From a virus, in IMG/VR virus record IMGVR_UViG_3300031992_000005, positions 288,001 through 352,000 of that record: 64,000 nt of DNA, one strand, 5' to 3'. Below are positions 54,388 to 62,298 of the stretch, piece by piece. Every line of letters starts with the position of its first letter. Position 1 is the first letter of the stretch. The notes beneath the pieces were generated by a model, which saw nothing but the letters and a program-made list of their open reading frames with translations, was not told the origin of the DNA and did no database searches. The position numbers and the translations under genes are program-made.

Positions 54388-54815
54388 TGGCAAATACAGA
54401 ATACAGATTAGACTATGAAGGACTTTCCTACTTTTGGAATAAACTGAAAACTTATATCGGTGATCAGACTGGAGAACTAGAAGCTGCACTGGAGGATACT
54501 CTTGAAGCTATCAATACGTTAAAGTCTGGGGTAGAAACACATGAAAATACTGATACAGTAATTGCTTCTCTGACACCAAATGTTTTACATACCTGGGGAG
54601 AAATTACCTCATTAACAATACAAGCATTAGCTACTCCTACGGACAACACTAGATATAATGAATATATGATACAGTTTTCCAGTGGCTCTACCGCAACCGT
54701 TCTCGACTTTCCACCAACATTAACGTGGCTGGGAGGAGTACAACCTACTACGAGAGCAGGAAAAACATATCAAATTAGTATAGTAAATAACTTAGCCGTA
54801 ATGGGAGAATTTTAA
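54387..54815 (+). CDS. Fibre-module protein, function unknown
   Basis: 142-aa ORF with a TAATG overlap to the upstream gene. Confidence 0.6.
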   Translation: MANTEYRLDYEGLSYFWNKLKTYIGDQTGELEAALEDTLEAINTLKSGVETHENTDTVIASLTPNVLHTWGEITSLTIQALATPTDNTRYNEYMIQFSSGSTATVLDFPPTLTWLGGVQPTTRAGKTYQISIVNNLAVMGEF

Positions 54816-54841
54816 TTATGAAAAATTTTAACAGCTATAGA

Positions 54842-54851
54842 GGGGGGGGGG
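54842..54851. repeat. G10 homopolymer tract in an intergenic region
   Basis: Ten consecutive G in an otherwise AT-rich 82-nt spacer, 47 nt upstream of the ATG at 54898. Confidence 0.9.
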
Positions 54852-54897
54852 AAAATTTAAATCCCTATAATAGTCATTCCCTAGAAGGGAGGACTAT

Positions 54898-55122
54898 ATG
54901 AGCGAGTTTAGAAGAAGATTGTTAGCGGCAAATGCACCTTATAGGCTCATAGACTATATCGTTAATAGCAATCAGAGCTCACGAATAATTACTAACTGTG
55001 CGCCATTAGACGACAATAACTATAAGTTTGAAGTTGATTGTTATGTAGAAGCAAGAGATACAAGCAGAGAATGGGGTATAATTTTTGCCAATGCTGGTAC
55101 TGATACAGTAAATAAAAAGTGA
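54898..55122 (+). CDS. N-terminal part of a fibre-associated family protein, ends at an in-frame TGA
   Basis: 74 codons. YRLIDYIVNSNQSSRIITNCAPLDDNNYKFEVDCYV resembles the LEYIESTGTQYIDTG..P...T+VE.D family N-terminus. It is in the same frame as 55150-55497 with no other stop between them. Confidence 0.6.
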   Translation: MSEFRRRLLAANAPYRLIDYIVNSNQSSRIITNCAPLDDNNYKFEVDCYVEARDTSREWGIIFANAGTDTVNKK

Positions 55123-55149
55123 CGCGTAAATTTTAATAATAGTAATAAT

Positions 55150-55497
55150 ATGTTAAGAGCATTACTAAATTCAAATTCTAGTCAAAATGTATATATTAGT
55201 AATGGCACCAGTTATGTAGGAAAAAGACTGTTTATCACATTAACACCAACACAATTTAAGGTAAATAATCAAATAGCAAATGCATCTAGTAATAAAGGTG
55301 GAACTTGGATTGCAGATAATTTTATGCAAATAAATGAAGATACAACCAATGCTCCTATAATAAGATACTATGCTATAAATGCATATTATAACAATAATCT
55401 CATTCACCAATATAAACCTTGCATTACATCTAATGGTATATATACAATGGTTGATGTAATAAATAATTATATATGTGAAGTTAACGGTAATGCTTAG
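55150..55497 (+). CDS. C-terminal part of the same fibre-associated family protein
   Basis: 115 codons. IRYYAINAYYNNNLIHQYKPCITSNGIYTMVDVINNYICEVNGNA resembles the family C-terminus (K+Y...IY.NG.LV.DF.PC....G..G+YD.V...FY.N.G.G). Confidence 0.6.
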   Translation: MLRALLNSNSSQNVYISNGTSYVGKRLFITLTPTQFKVNNQIANASSNKGGTWIADNFMQINEDTTNAPIIRYYAINAYYNNNLIHQYKPCITSNGIYTMVDVINNYICEVNGNA

Positions 55498-55574
55498 AGC
55501 GGTAACTAAACTCATACACCCTCAATAGGCTTAACATTAATTAAAAGCGATTTATTATAAATAATAACAATAAA

Positions 55575-56294
55575 ATGATTGGAAATTATAAAATAGACTT
55601 ATCCAATGAACATCAGCCAGAGATACAATTAATAGGTACCTCAGGTAAATATAATACCTGGCGAATATACTTCTTAGTAGAAGAACTTGAGCCTAGAGTA
55701 GAGACAAAGACCGTCTATGAAGAGGTTCATACAGGTATACCGGAGCCAGAACCAAATGTTGATTCATCTTTTGACGGTTCAGAGGATAAAACAGTTGTAT
55801 CATCATCTTGGGACTTAGGAGAAACTCATACAGTATCAAGAGTTATTGAATATACTGTAAGAACATTTAAGGCTAAGTATGTTGATGTAGAAAAACACAT
55901 TAGCATAACAAATCCAGACCCAGTTGAACTCCTGAAGGAAGTCATGTTTGCCCAAATTGATGTATATGATAAGAGTGAAGAAGTAAATAGTTTCTTCCTA
56001 AATGGGGCTAAAGTTTGGCTAGATAAAGATACTAGGGTTGGTCTCATGAATAGTATTTCTATTCAGAAACAGATGGGAATGGAAAGTACCACACTTTGGC
56101 TTAATACAACGCCCTTCACATTAAATTGTGCCCTAGCATTACAATTACTAGGGGCCTTAGAAATATATGCTTGTGAATGTTTCAATAAAACCGCAGAGCA
56201 TAAACTAGGAGTACAACTATTAAGTACCTTGGATGAAGTTGCTTCTTATGATTTCAAACAAGGTTACCCAGAAAAATTAAACTTAACAGTATGA
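55575..56294 (+). CDS. Fibre-module protein with DUF4376-like C-terminal region, tentative
   Basis: 239-aa ORF. The C-terminal VWLDKDTRVGLMNSISIQKQ...LWLNTTPFTLNCALALQLLGALEIYACECFNKTAEHK...LSTLDEVASYDF resembles a domain frequently found in phage tail-fibre accessory proteins. Comparison made from memory. Confidence 0.4.
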   Translation: MIGNYKIDLSNEHQPEIQLIGTSGKYNTWRIYFLVEELEPRVETKTVYEEVHTGIPEPEPNVDSSFDGSEDKTVVSSSWDLGETHTVSRVIEYTVRTFKAKYVDVEKHISITNPDPVELLKEVMFAQIDVYDKSEEVNSFFLNGAKVWLDKDTRVGLMNSISIQKQMGMESTTLWLNTTPFTLNCALALQLLGALEIYACECFNKTAEHKLGVQLLSTLDEVASYDFKQGYPEKLNLTV

Positions 56295-56800
56295 TAACTA
56301 CAATAGCCTCCTTTATTATATTTATCCTATATATAATTTATATCTTATTGAAGGCTAAAGAAATTCCTATTTCAGTATCCAGAACATACTATTACTTAAC
56401 ATGGAAACCAGCTTTTACTCTCATAATATGGCTCGTTGGTCTATTACTCCTCCCAGAATTTATGGATGCAGCTAAAAATGCTCCCACACAGGTTATACCA
56501 TTTGCTACTATCTTTGGTGTGTTCTTAGTGGGTGCTTCTCCACAAATTCTAGAGGATAAGGCTGAAAAACAGGTACATATGATAGGAGCTGGCCTAGCAG
56601 GAATATTCTCCCAACTATGGGTTATGTTATATGGAAACCAATTATTTCTATTTGATTGGATATTACCTGGAGCGATACTATTCTGGACACTAGGGAAGAA
56701 AAAAACTAATAACCTAGAGGAAGAATTAGATAAATTTAAATTCACCTTCTGGGTTGAATTAATATGTTTCATTAATATTTACCTCAGCTTATTATGTTAA
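56291..56800 (+). CDS. Multi-pass membrane protein, holin or other membrane function
   Basis: 169-aa ORF with about 5 hydrophobic segments (IASFIIFILYIIYILL, FTLIIWLVGLLLL, IPFATIFGVFLVGA, IGAGLAGIFSQLWVML, WILPGAILFW, VELICFINIYLSLL). Confidence 0.6.
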   Translation: MITTIASFIIFILYIIYILLKAKEIPISVSRTYYYLTWKPAFTLIIWLVGLLLLPEFMDAAKNAPTQVIPFATIFGVFLVGASPQILEDKAEKQVHMIGAGLAGIFSQLWVMLYGNQLFLFDWILPGAILFWTLGKKKTNNLEEELDKFKFTFWVELICFINIYLSLLC

Positions 56801-57078
56801 ATAAAATATTAGATTTTCTTGGAACTATTCCACAGAGTAAAATTCTACATTTTACTGCAGGATTGATAATATTTCTCATTGTATATGGAATAGGAAATCT
56901 CTTGGGTTTTATAAATATAAACCACGCTAGGGTTATAGCCCTAGTATCAGTAGTTATAATAGGAACCTGGAAAGATTGGTACTATGATAAGAAATTTGGG
57001 AGAAAGTCAGATTGTTGTGAAATGACAGCTACCGATATAGGTGGTTTTGCTGGACTAATAATTAGCTATCTCTTATAA
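56794..57078 (+). CDS. Small membrane protein, holin candidate
   Basis: 94-aa ORF with three hydrophobic segments (FTAGLIIFLIVYGIGNLLGF, VIALVSVVIIG, IGGFAGLIISYLL). Confidence 0.55.
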   Translation: MLNKILDFLGTIPQSKILHFTAGLIIFLIVYGIGNLLGFININHARVIALVSVVIIGTWKDWYYDKKFGRKSDCCEMTATDIGGFAGLIISYLL

Positions 57079-57088
57079 AAATTACTTG

Positions 57089-57120
57089 GGTAATCCTAGG
57101 GAAATTACTCTGGGATTACC
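57089..57120 (+). terminator. Stem-loop GGTAATCC(16-nt loop)GGATTACC
   Basis: Perfect 8-bp inverted repeat immediately after the 56794 gene. Confidence 0.4.
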
Positions 57121-57158
57121 TTAATTCCTTACGTGTGTATTATAAAATTTCAAGAAAC

Positions 57159-57890
57159 ATGAAAACAGAAAAATTATTAATTGTACCAGATGTTCATGGA
57201 AGAACGTTTTGGAAAGAACCAGTTTACAAGTGGAATGGAGACATCGTATTTCTTGGCGATTATCTAGACCCTTATCCAGACGAAGATATTAGCTTCAATA
57301 CAGCTCTTCGCGGATTAAGAGATATAATTGAATTAAAAGAAGCAAATCCGAGTAGAATTACGCTTCTCTTAGGAAATCACGATATTCATTACATCTGGGA
57401 AGAAGCTCCAGTCAGCACAAGATTTTCGAGAATGTTCGAAGACGAAGTAGCTACTTTATTCAATGATTATCGTCCAGATTTTCAAGTAGCGAAGATGATT
57501 GAACAGGACGGCAAATTCTTTCTCCTTACTCATGCTGGTCTAGTCAAGGGCTGGTTTGATCAGAATGAATTGACTGTACCTGAGAAGACCGAGATAGAAG
57601 ATATGCTAAATAGGATGGCAGAGACTAGTAAGGGAAAAGCGATGCTCAGTCAAGTAGGTTATAGTAGATGGGGAGACTCTCCGTTTGGAGGACCAATGTG
57701 GGCAGATTTCTTTGAAGATCACCTGGATTATCCTATCATACCTGATATATATCAGATTGTAGGTCATACGGGTAGTGTTTATGGATATGACGAACAGGCT
57801 TGTATGAAAAAGAACATTGCCTGCATTGACAGGAGAAAAGCGTATATATTAGAAGGAGGAAAATTAAAAAATGCTACTGGAGAAAACTGA
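57159..57890 (+). CDS. Serine/threonine protein phosphatase-family metallophosphoesterase (lambda PP / ApaH-like)
   Basis: Contains LLIVPDVHGR (DxHG), VFLGDYLDPYPD (GDxxD), LLLGNHDIHY (GNHD), LTHAG and VGHTGS. The ORF track starts at GTG 57135. The ATG at 57159 (MKTEKLLIVPDVHG) is the more plausible start. Confidence 0.85.
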   Translation: MKTEKLLIVPDVHGRTFWKEPVYKWNGDIVFLGDYLDPYPDEDISFNTALRGLRDIIELKEANPSRITLLLGNHDIHYIWEEAPVSTRFSRMFEDEVATLFNDYRPDFQVAKMIEQDGKFFLLTHAGLVKGWFDQNELTVPEKTEIEDMLNRMAETSKGKAMLSQVGYSRWGDSPFGGPMWADFFEDHLDYPIIPDIYQIVGHTGSVYGYDEQACMKKNIACIDRRKAYILEGGKLKNATGEN

Positions 57891-58131
57891 AGGATGTGTA
57901 TGTTGGGGTAGGTATGTAGATGATAAATCCCTCGAAGAATTATCAGAAGAAGAGAAAAATAATTTACTTCAAGTCTTAAAAGATCAATTAACTTTAAGCG
58001 ACTTAAATGAAGTATTTGACTTAATCTTAGATAATCATTATACAGATTACGAATCCGACGACAAACCATGTGAATGCTGCGGAGATTACGTATGCACATG
58101 GAAACTTGAAATAAAAAACCTAGGGAATTAA
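57871..58131 (+). CDS. Small acidic protein with CxC / CxCCxxxxC cysteine clusters
   Basis: 86-aa ORF overlapping the phosphatase 3' end by 20 nt. Cysteine clusters are GCVCWG and PCECCGDYVC. Confidence 0.55.
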   Translation: MLLEKTEGCVCWGRYVDDKSLEELSEEEKNNLLQVLKDQLTLSDLNEVFDLILDNHYTDYESDDKPCECCGDYVCTWKLEIKNLGN

Positions 58132-58149
58132 TCCCTAGGTAATTTTTTT
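58118..58149. terminator. Bidirectional terminator hairpin between convergent genes
   Basis: ACCTAGGGA (58118-58126) pairs with TCCCTAGGT (58132-58140) around a 5-nt loop. Followed by AATTTTTTT on the plus strand, with an A-run upstream. Both convergent ORFs end inside or next to the hairpin. Confidence 0.7.
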
Positions 58150-58757
58150 AATCTTCCTTTAACATAAATAATCATTCCGTCATTTTCGGCTAAACTATCT
58201 CTCTTTTCAATAAATTTTGTAGGTAAATTAGAAATAGTTCCCAAGAACTTCGGACAATAGCACTGAAGAAATCTTATAAGTGGTGGAGTATACTCATTCA
58301 CTTCCCTACCCACATCATGAATATACATAGACAATACACAACCATTATATCTCGACATAGGGAATTGAAAATCTATATAAGGTAAATGCTCCTTACCACC
58401 AGTAACTTCACTTTTGTAATAAATCCTATCAGTACAACAACTAGTTATAGTATTTTCCGCAATATTAATAACAATTGGTTTCTCTATCGTACTATGGGGC
58501 ATGAAGAGCAATAATTCAAATTTAAGCTTATGAATAGAAACATAAAATTCTGAACTCTTATCATAGATTATAGTAGCGCCTAATTTAATTATTCTCATCA
58601 AGATATCATCAGTTGAAACTGCAATTCTATCTTCCGTAAGGAGAAACCAATCCATTGATTCTAGGAATTTCTCTAATCCTAATATATCATTGTCAGTTAA
58701 TTTACGGCTAACTACATATGTCTTTTCTATTTTAGCCAAGTTTACCCTACTTAACAT
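58128..58757 (-). CDS. Family-B paralog 1 (B1), function unknown
   Basis: The ORF is open to 58811. The ATG at 58757 gives MLSRVNLAKIEKTYVVS, which aligns with the N-termini of the other B members. Shared motif WFLLTEDRIAVSTDDI. Confidence 0.65.
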   Translation of the reverse strand: MLSRVNLAKIEKTYVVSRKLTDNDILGLEKFLESMDWFLLTEDRIAVSTDDILMRIIKLGATIIYDKSSEFYVSIHKLKFELLLFMPHSTIEKPIVINIAENTITSCCTDRIYYKSEVTGGKEHLPYIDFQFPMSRYNGCVLSMYIHDVGREVNEYTPPLIRFLQCYCPKFLGTISNLPTKFIEKRDSLAENDGMIIYVKGRLKKLPRD

Positions 58758-58794
58758 ATTCTTACACATATGTAGAGAATATGTAACACTAACC

Positions 58795-59406
58795 TTAAAT
58801 GACGAACTCATTGCAACCTCCTCTAAAATATATTCTAAACTGTTCTGGAATTATAGGAGAATGTGCTAGGATTACATTATAACACTTACTCTTCAAGAAA
58901 TTAGGACATACCTTATATAGCATACTAAGTATACCTAAACAGGTAAAACTATACTTTTCCCTTATTTGATTATAATCAGAGTAACCATCAACAAAATAAT
59001 ACTCTGCTTTTACACCACTATCAATTCCAGTATGATGTAAGAACCAATAATCACCAAAGCCGTCATCCTTAAAAAATACTCTGGGAAATTGTTCCTTATA
59101 TCCTTCAGTATCTAAATACCAGATATCTGAAAGTATATCATCTAAGAGACTAACTTCTGGAGTAACATAATATGTTTTTGTAGAAGTCAGGAATATAAAA
59201 TTCCCTGGCATCCAGTCAAGCCGATTAGCCTGACATAACCAATCATCCACATTTATTGCCACTTTATCATCCTTGTAGATAAACCACTTGATATCTTTAG
59301 ATGTTAAGTGCTCCGTTAACTTAAATATATCTTGGAACTCAGTATTATAAAATGCAGTAGTTACAAAATATACTTCCTGAATATCTGCCAAAAGTAATTC
59401 TATCAT
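58795..59406 (-). CDS. Family-B paralog 2 (B2), function unknown
   Basis: 203-aa ORF with EVYFVTTAFYN...KWFIYKDDKVAINVDDW. ATGA overlap with B3. Confidence 0.75.
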   Translation of the reverse strand: MIELLLADIQEVYFVTTAFYNTEFQDIFKLTEHLTSKDIKWFIYKDDKVAINVDDWLCQANRLDWMPGNFIFLTSTKTYYVTPEVSLLDDILSDIWYLDTEGYKEQFPRVFFKDDGFGDYWFLHHTGIDSGVKAEYYFVDGYSDYNQIREKYSFTCLGILSMLYKVCPNFLKSKCYNVILAHSPIIPEQFRIYFRGGCNEFVI

Positions 59407-60044
59407 AGTTCTATTTCTTCTCCATCAAATATCGCTTCTACATCCTTTGTGAAGATTTCTTGACTTAATCCAAACAAAGAGGCCGTCAACCTTGATGCTA
59501 TATAAGCATAATCATCTGGCAATTCATCTGAATTTAAGTCCTGGTGCCTACATATAACTTGTTTAGTATACCCATCACCTACTTCCATAAAAGATCGTAT
59601 CTTAAAATGTTCATCATTGAACAAAGAAACATTTCTTGATGGCACAGATACATAGGTCTTTTCCATCTTAGAAAAATCTGACATAACATGGATTTCTTCG
59701 ACACTGCTTTTAGGATCCTCTTTATGAATTAAATCATAAAGATTTTTCCAAATGTATTCACCCTGATAATATTTTCCACTAATCCCAATAACTAATTGAA
59801 TAGGTCCACAAATATCCCAAATATATCTGGACTTTTCAGAAAGTGAACTGATTAATTTATAGTTTCTTAACCGAGTAATATCACCTGCTGTAATAGCAAC
59901 TCTATCACTCTTACTCAAGAACCACCTAGCACCAACAAGATCAAGTGCATCACACCTGTAAGTTAATGCACCGTAATCTCTATACCTTTGAAGTAAGAAA
60001 TAAGTTTCTATCTCTTCTTTTGCTCTAAAGTTTATCATTATCAT
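59403..60044 (-). CDS. Family-B paralog 3 (B3), function unknown
   Basis: 213-aa ORF with ETYFLLQRYRD...RWFLSKSDRVAITAGDI. Confidence 0.75.
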   Translation of the reverse strand: MIMINFRAKEEIETYFLLQRYRDYGALTYRCDALDLVGARWFLSKSDRVAITAGDITRLRNYKLISSLSEKSRYIWDICGPIQLVIGISGKYYQGEYIWKNLYDLIHKEDPKSSVEEIHVMSDFSKMEKTYVSVPSRNVSLFNDEHFKIRSFMEVGDGYTKQVICRHQDLNSDELPDDYAYIASRLTASLFGLSQEIFTKDVEAIFDGEEIEL

Positions 60045-60561
60045 GATGTAATGGGTTTACTAAATCTAATAATTCAAAGAAATTAAAAATATTTAAAGGT
60101 AATGAACTGGCAGGAATCGTGATTAGAGGATACGATGATGTATAATCAGCTCTCACAGCAGTATCCGATATCCTATTCTCTAGGTATACTCGATACTCAT
60201 ATAATAACGAGATTTGACAACCAATATAATCCTGTTTCGCAAAAAAGTTATTTATATCAAGATTAGTATGAACTAACTTTTCCTCTCCATTAGTACTAAT
60301 TAGGATAAGGTGTCGTATATATACACTTTTAATTAGTAAACTTTGAATTATATCTGGGATTATTGCCTTCAACTGTATATAGTGAATCGCAGAAATCATG
60401 ATAACATCCGGATCATATTCAATTCCACCTGAATAAGGAATACCTAATTTCTCCAATTCCATGGCGAAATTAAACTGATGTTCATCCTTATCTTTGCCAT
60501 GAAATCTCATTTCAATAAACGAATTTCTTCTATGTTTATCTAAAATAATTTCTTCTTCCAT
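60025..60561 (-). CDS. Family-A paralog 1 (A1), function unknown
   Basis: 178-aa ORF with DKHRRNSFIEMRFHGKDKDEHQFNFAMELEKLGIPYSGGIEYDPDVIMISAIHYIQLK. Confidence 0.75.
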   Translation of the reverse strand: MEEEIILDKHRRNSFIEMRFHGKDKDEHQFNFAMELEKLGIPYSGGIEYDPDVIMISAIHYIQLKAIIPDIIQSLLIKSVYIRHLILISTNGEEKLVHTNLDINNFFAKQDYIGCQISLLYEYRVYLENRISDTAVRADYTSSYPLITIPASSLPLNIFNFFELLDLVNPLHHDNDKL

Positions 60562-61130
60562 AGTCTATACCCTTCTCGTCTTTTCATGTACGATTTATAA
60601 AACTCAGTGTCTAGTATACCTAATCTATACATACTTAAGAAAGCATAGACATCCATATTTGTCTCTACACTATTAAAGATCGTGTCTGGAGTTATGGCAG
60701 CCTTAAGTTCCTGACCAACCTCTCGATATATAACAGTTGCCTTGTTATTACTAATATCTACCCAATAAGAAGTTACTACATTTAGATCTACTATTATAAA
60801 CTTACCTGTTGCACGATATGCACTAATGAAAAAATCCCAATCTACAACTTCGCTTTCATCATCCTTCAAGTAAAAATGTTCAACTTTTACATCCAAAGGA
60901 ATTTTCTTATACTCTGGATATATACTACATAACTGTATATAATTAACCATAGATATAACTATAGCATCTGGATTATATACAATTCCGCCTGAATAAGAAA
61001 TTCCCAATTTCTCTAAGTCCTCTACCAGACCTAATTGCATGACATCTTTACTTTTTCCCGTAAATATAAATCTAATATAGTAAGGCCTTCTAAATTTATC
61101 TATAAGGATACTTCCTATAGATTCAGGCAT
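60540..61130 (-). CDS. Family-A paralog 2 (A2), function unknown
   Basis: The ORF is open to 61157. The ATG at 61130 forms a TAATG overlap with the A3 stop and gives MPESIGSILIDKFRRPYYIRFIF...LEKLGISYSGGIVYNPDAIVISMVNYIQL. Confidence 0.7.
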   Translation of the reverse strand: MPESIGSILIDKFRRPYYIRFIFTGKSKDVMQLGLVEDLEKLGISYSGGIVYNPDAIVISMVNYIQLCSIYPEYKKIPLDVKVEHFYLKDDESEVVDWDFFISAYRATGKFIIVDLNVVTSYWVDISNNKATVIYREVGQELKAAITPDTIFNSVETNMDVYAFLSMYRLGILDTEFYKSYMKRREGYRLWKKKLF

Positions 61131-61729
61131 TAATAAGTATTTTTCTGCTCTATCCATTCTTCACCTAAGATATCAAGGTTTAATAGATCTCGATAAACTT
61201 TCTCAAATGTTACTCTCATTGAGAATATACGTAAATTGTTGTGAACTTTAATTATCTCAGACTTACGAAAATCATCCTCGTAATACTTAATAATATATCT
61301 TCCTGCGCATGCTCCCCAAAGATAAACCCTAAACGTTACTCTAACAGTTTTATTATCCTTAGTTCCAAGTTTAATTGATTGACTAATTTCAATAAAACAT
61401 TCATCTGCAAAATAATTTCCCAGACTACATGAAAGTCTAAAAGGTATCTCAACATTGTTCACTAGGTCTATCTTACAGTAACTAATATCTACTGTTAAAG
61501 CAGGAGAGCTTAAGATCATTAATTTATATTTAGGTAACAGTTCTCTAAGTTGAATATAATTCACCGTAGATAACATAATAGTGTCTGGATCTTCATCAAT
61601 TCCATTTGAGTACCCAATTCCTAATTTCTCTAAGTCACCTACAAATGAAAGTTGAGCGGGATCTTTACACTCACCACTAAACTTTAGCTTAACATAAGAA
61701 TTTCTCCTACAACTATCTAATTGTACCAT
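61130..61729 (-). CDS. Family-A paralog 3 (A3), function unknown
   Basis: 199-aa ORF with SCRRNSYVKLKFSGECKDPAQLSFVGDLEKLGIGYSNGIDEDPDTIMLSTVNYIQLR. Confidence 0.75.
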   Translation of the reverse strand: MVQLDSCRRNSYVKLKFSGECKDPAQLSFVGDLEKLGIGYSNGIDEDPDTIMLSTVNYIQLRELLPKYKLMILSSPALTVDISYCKIDLVNNVEIPFRLSCSLGNYFADECFIEISQSIKLGTKDNKTVRVTFRVYLWGACAGRYIIKYYEDDFRKSEIIKVHNNLRIFSMRVTFEKVYRDLLNLDILGEEWIEQKNTY

Positions 61730-62298
61730 ACATATCTTTCATGTATTATTTCTGAAAATTTATCGCATAATACGTCAAATCTCAGAAGATCACTTAAAAT
61801 AGAAAAAGGCAACTCCTCAATATGTTCTGGTAAAATCTGATCAACATATTTTACACCTGTATCACCACCTTTTCTCAGAATATGCTTAGATTTACCCTTA
61901 CTTAAGTCAATCCAATATGAGTCTATCTCTCCTTCATCACAAATAATATAATTCTGCAATGCTTTGTAACGTCTTAATTTACTTTCCAACTTAAAAGGAA
62001 CCTCAACGTTATTGATATAATCGATAGAACAAAACCCTAATATTGAAAAATCACCCCACAACTTCGTACGATAGCATTGAACTAGCTCTCTTATCTGAAG
62101 ATAATGAACCGTAGATAACATAATAGTATTCGGATCGTAAACAATGCCCCCTGAATAGGGTATACTATACTTTTCCAGGACTCCAGCAAAGTATAGTTGA
62201 TTCTCCTCCTTCTTAAATTTCAACTTAATATAAGAATTTCTCTTAAACTGATCTATTAACACGTAATTATTATTCCCAACATTAATTGCAGCAGTCAT
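61717..62298 (-). CDS. Family-A paralog 4 (A4), function unknown
   Basis: 193-aa ORF with DQFKRNSYIKLKFKKEENQLYFAGVLEKYSIPYSGGIVYDPNTIMLSTVHYLQIR. Confidence 0.75.
   Translation of the reverse strand: MTAAINVGNNNYVLIDQFKRNSYIKLKFKKEENQLYFAGVLEKYSIPYSGGIVYDPNTIMLSTVHYLQIRELVQCYRTKLWGDFSILGFCSIDYINNVEVPFKLESKLRRYKALQNYIICDEGEIDSYWIDLSKGKSKHILRKGGDTGVKYVDQILPEHIEELPFSILSDLLRFDVLCDKFSEIIHERYVWYN

Noticed and set aside
54818-54901. The idea that a change in G-tract length fuses the 27-codon mini-ORF to the downstream gene at 54898.
   Set aside because: The frame needed for fusion (reached by +1 G) hits TAA at 54868-54870 before reaching 54898. A direct translational fusion switch does not work. 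Only a promoter-spacing or leader-ORF effect remains possible.
15339-57000. Other antisense or off-frame ORFs from the track: 15339-15671, 16411-16683, 17025-17240, 21476-21796, 25061-25291, 26779-26964, 28769-28987, 32159-32341, 36514-36759, 38953-39231, 46589-46849, 49658-49855, 49926-50240, 50428-50691, 50765-50947, 51607-51927, 53070-53351, 54464-54649, 55240-55515, 55826-56047, 56392-56772 and 57779-58099.
   Set aside because: Each lies within a longer, motif-supported or overlap-coupled gene on the other strand or frame. None has recognisable features.
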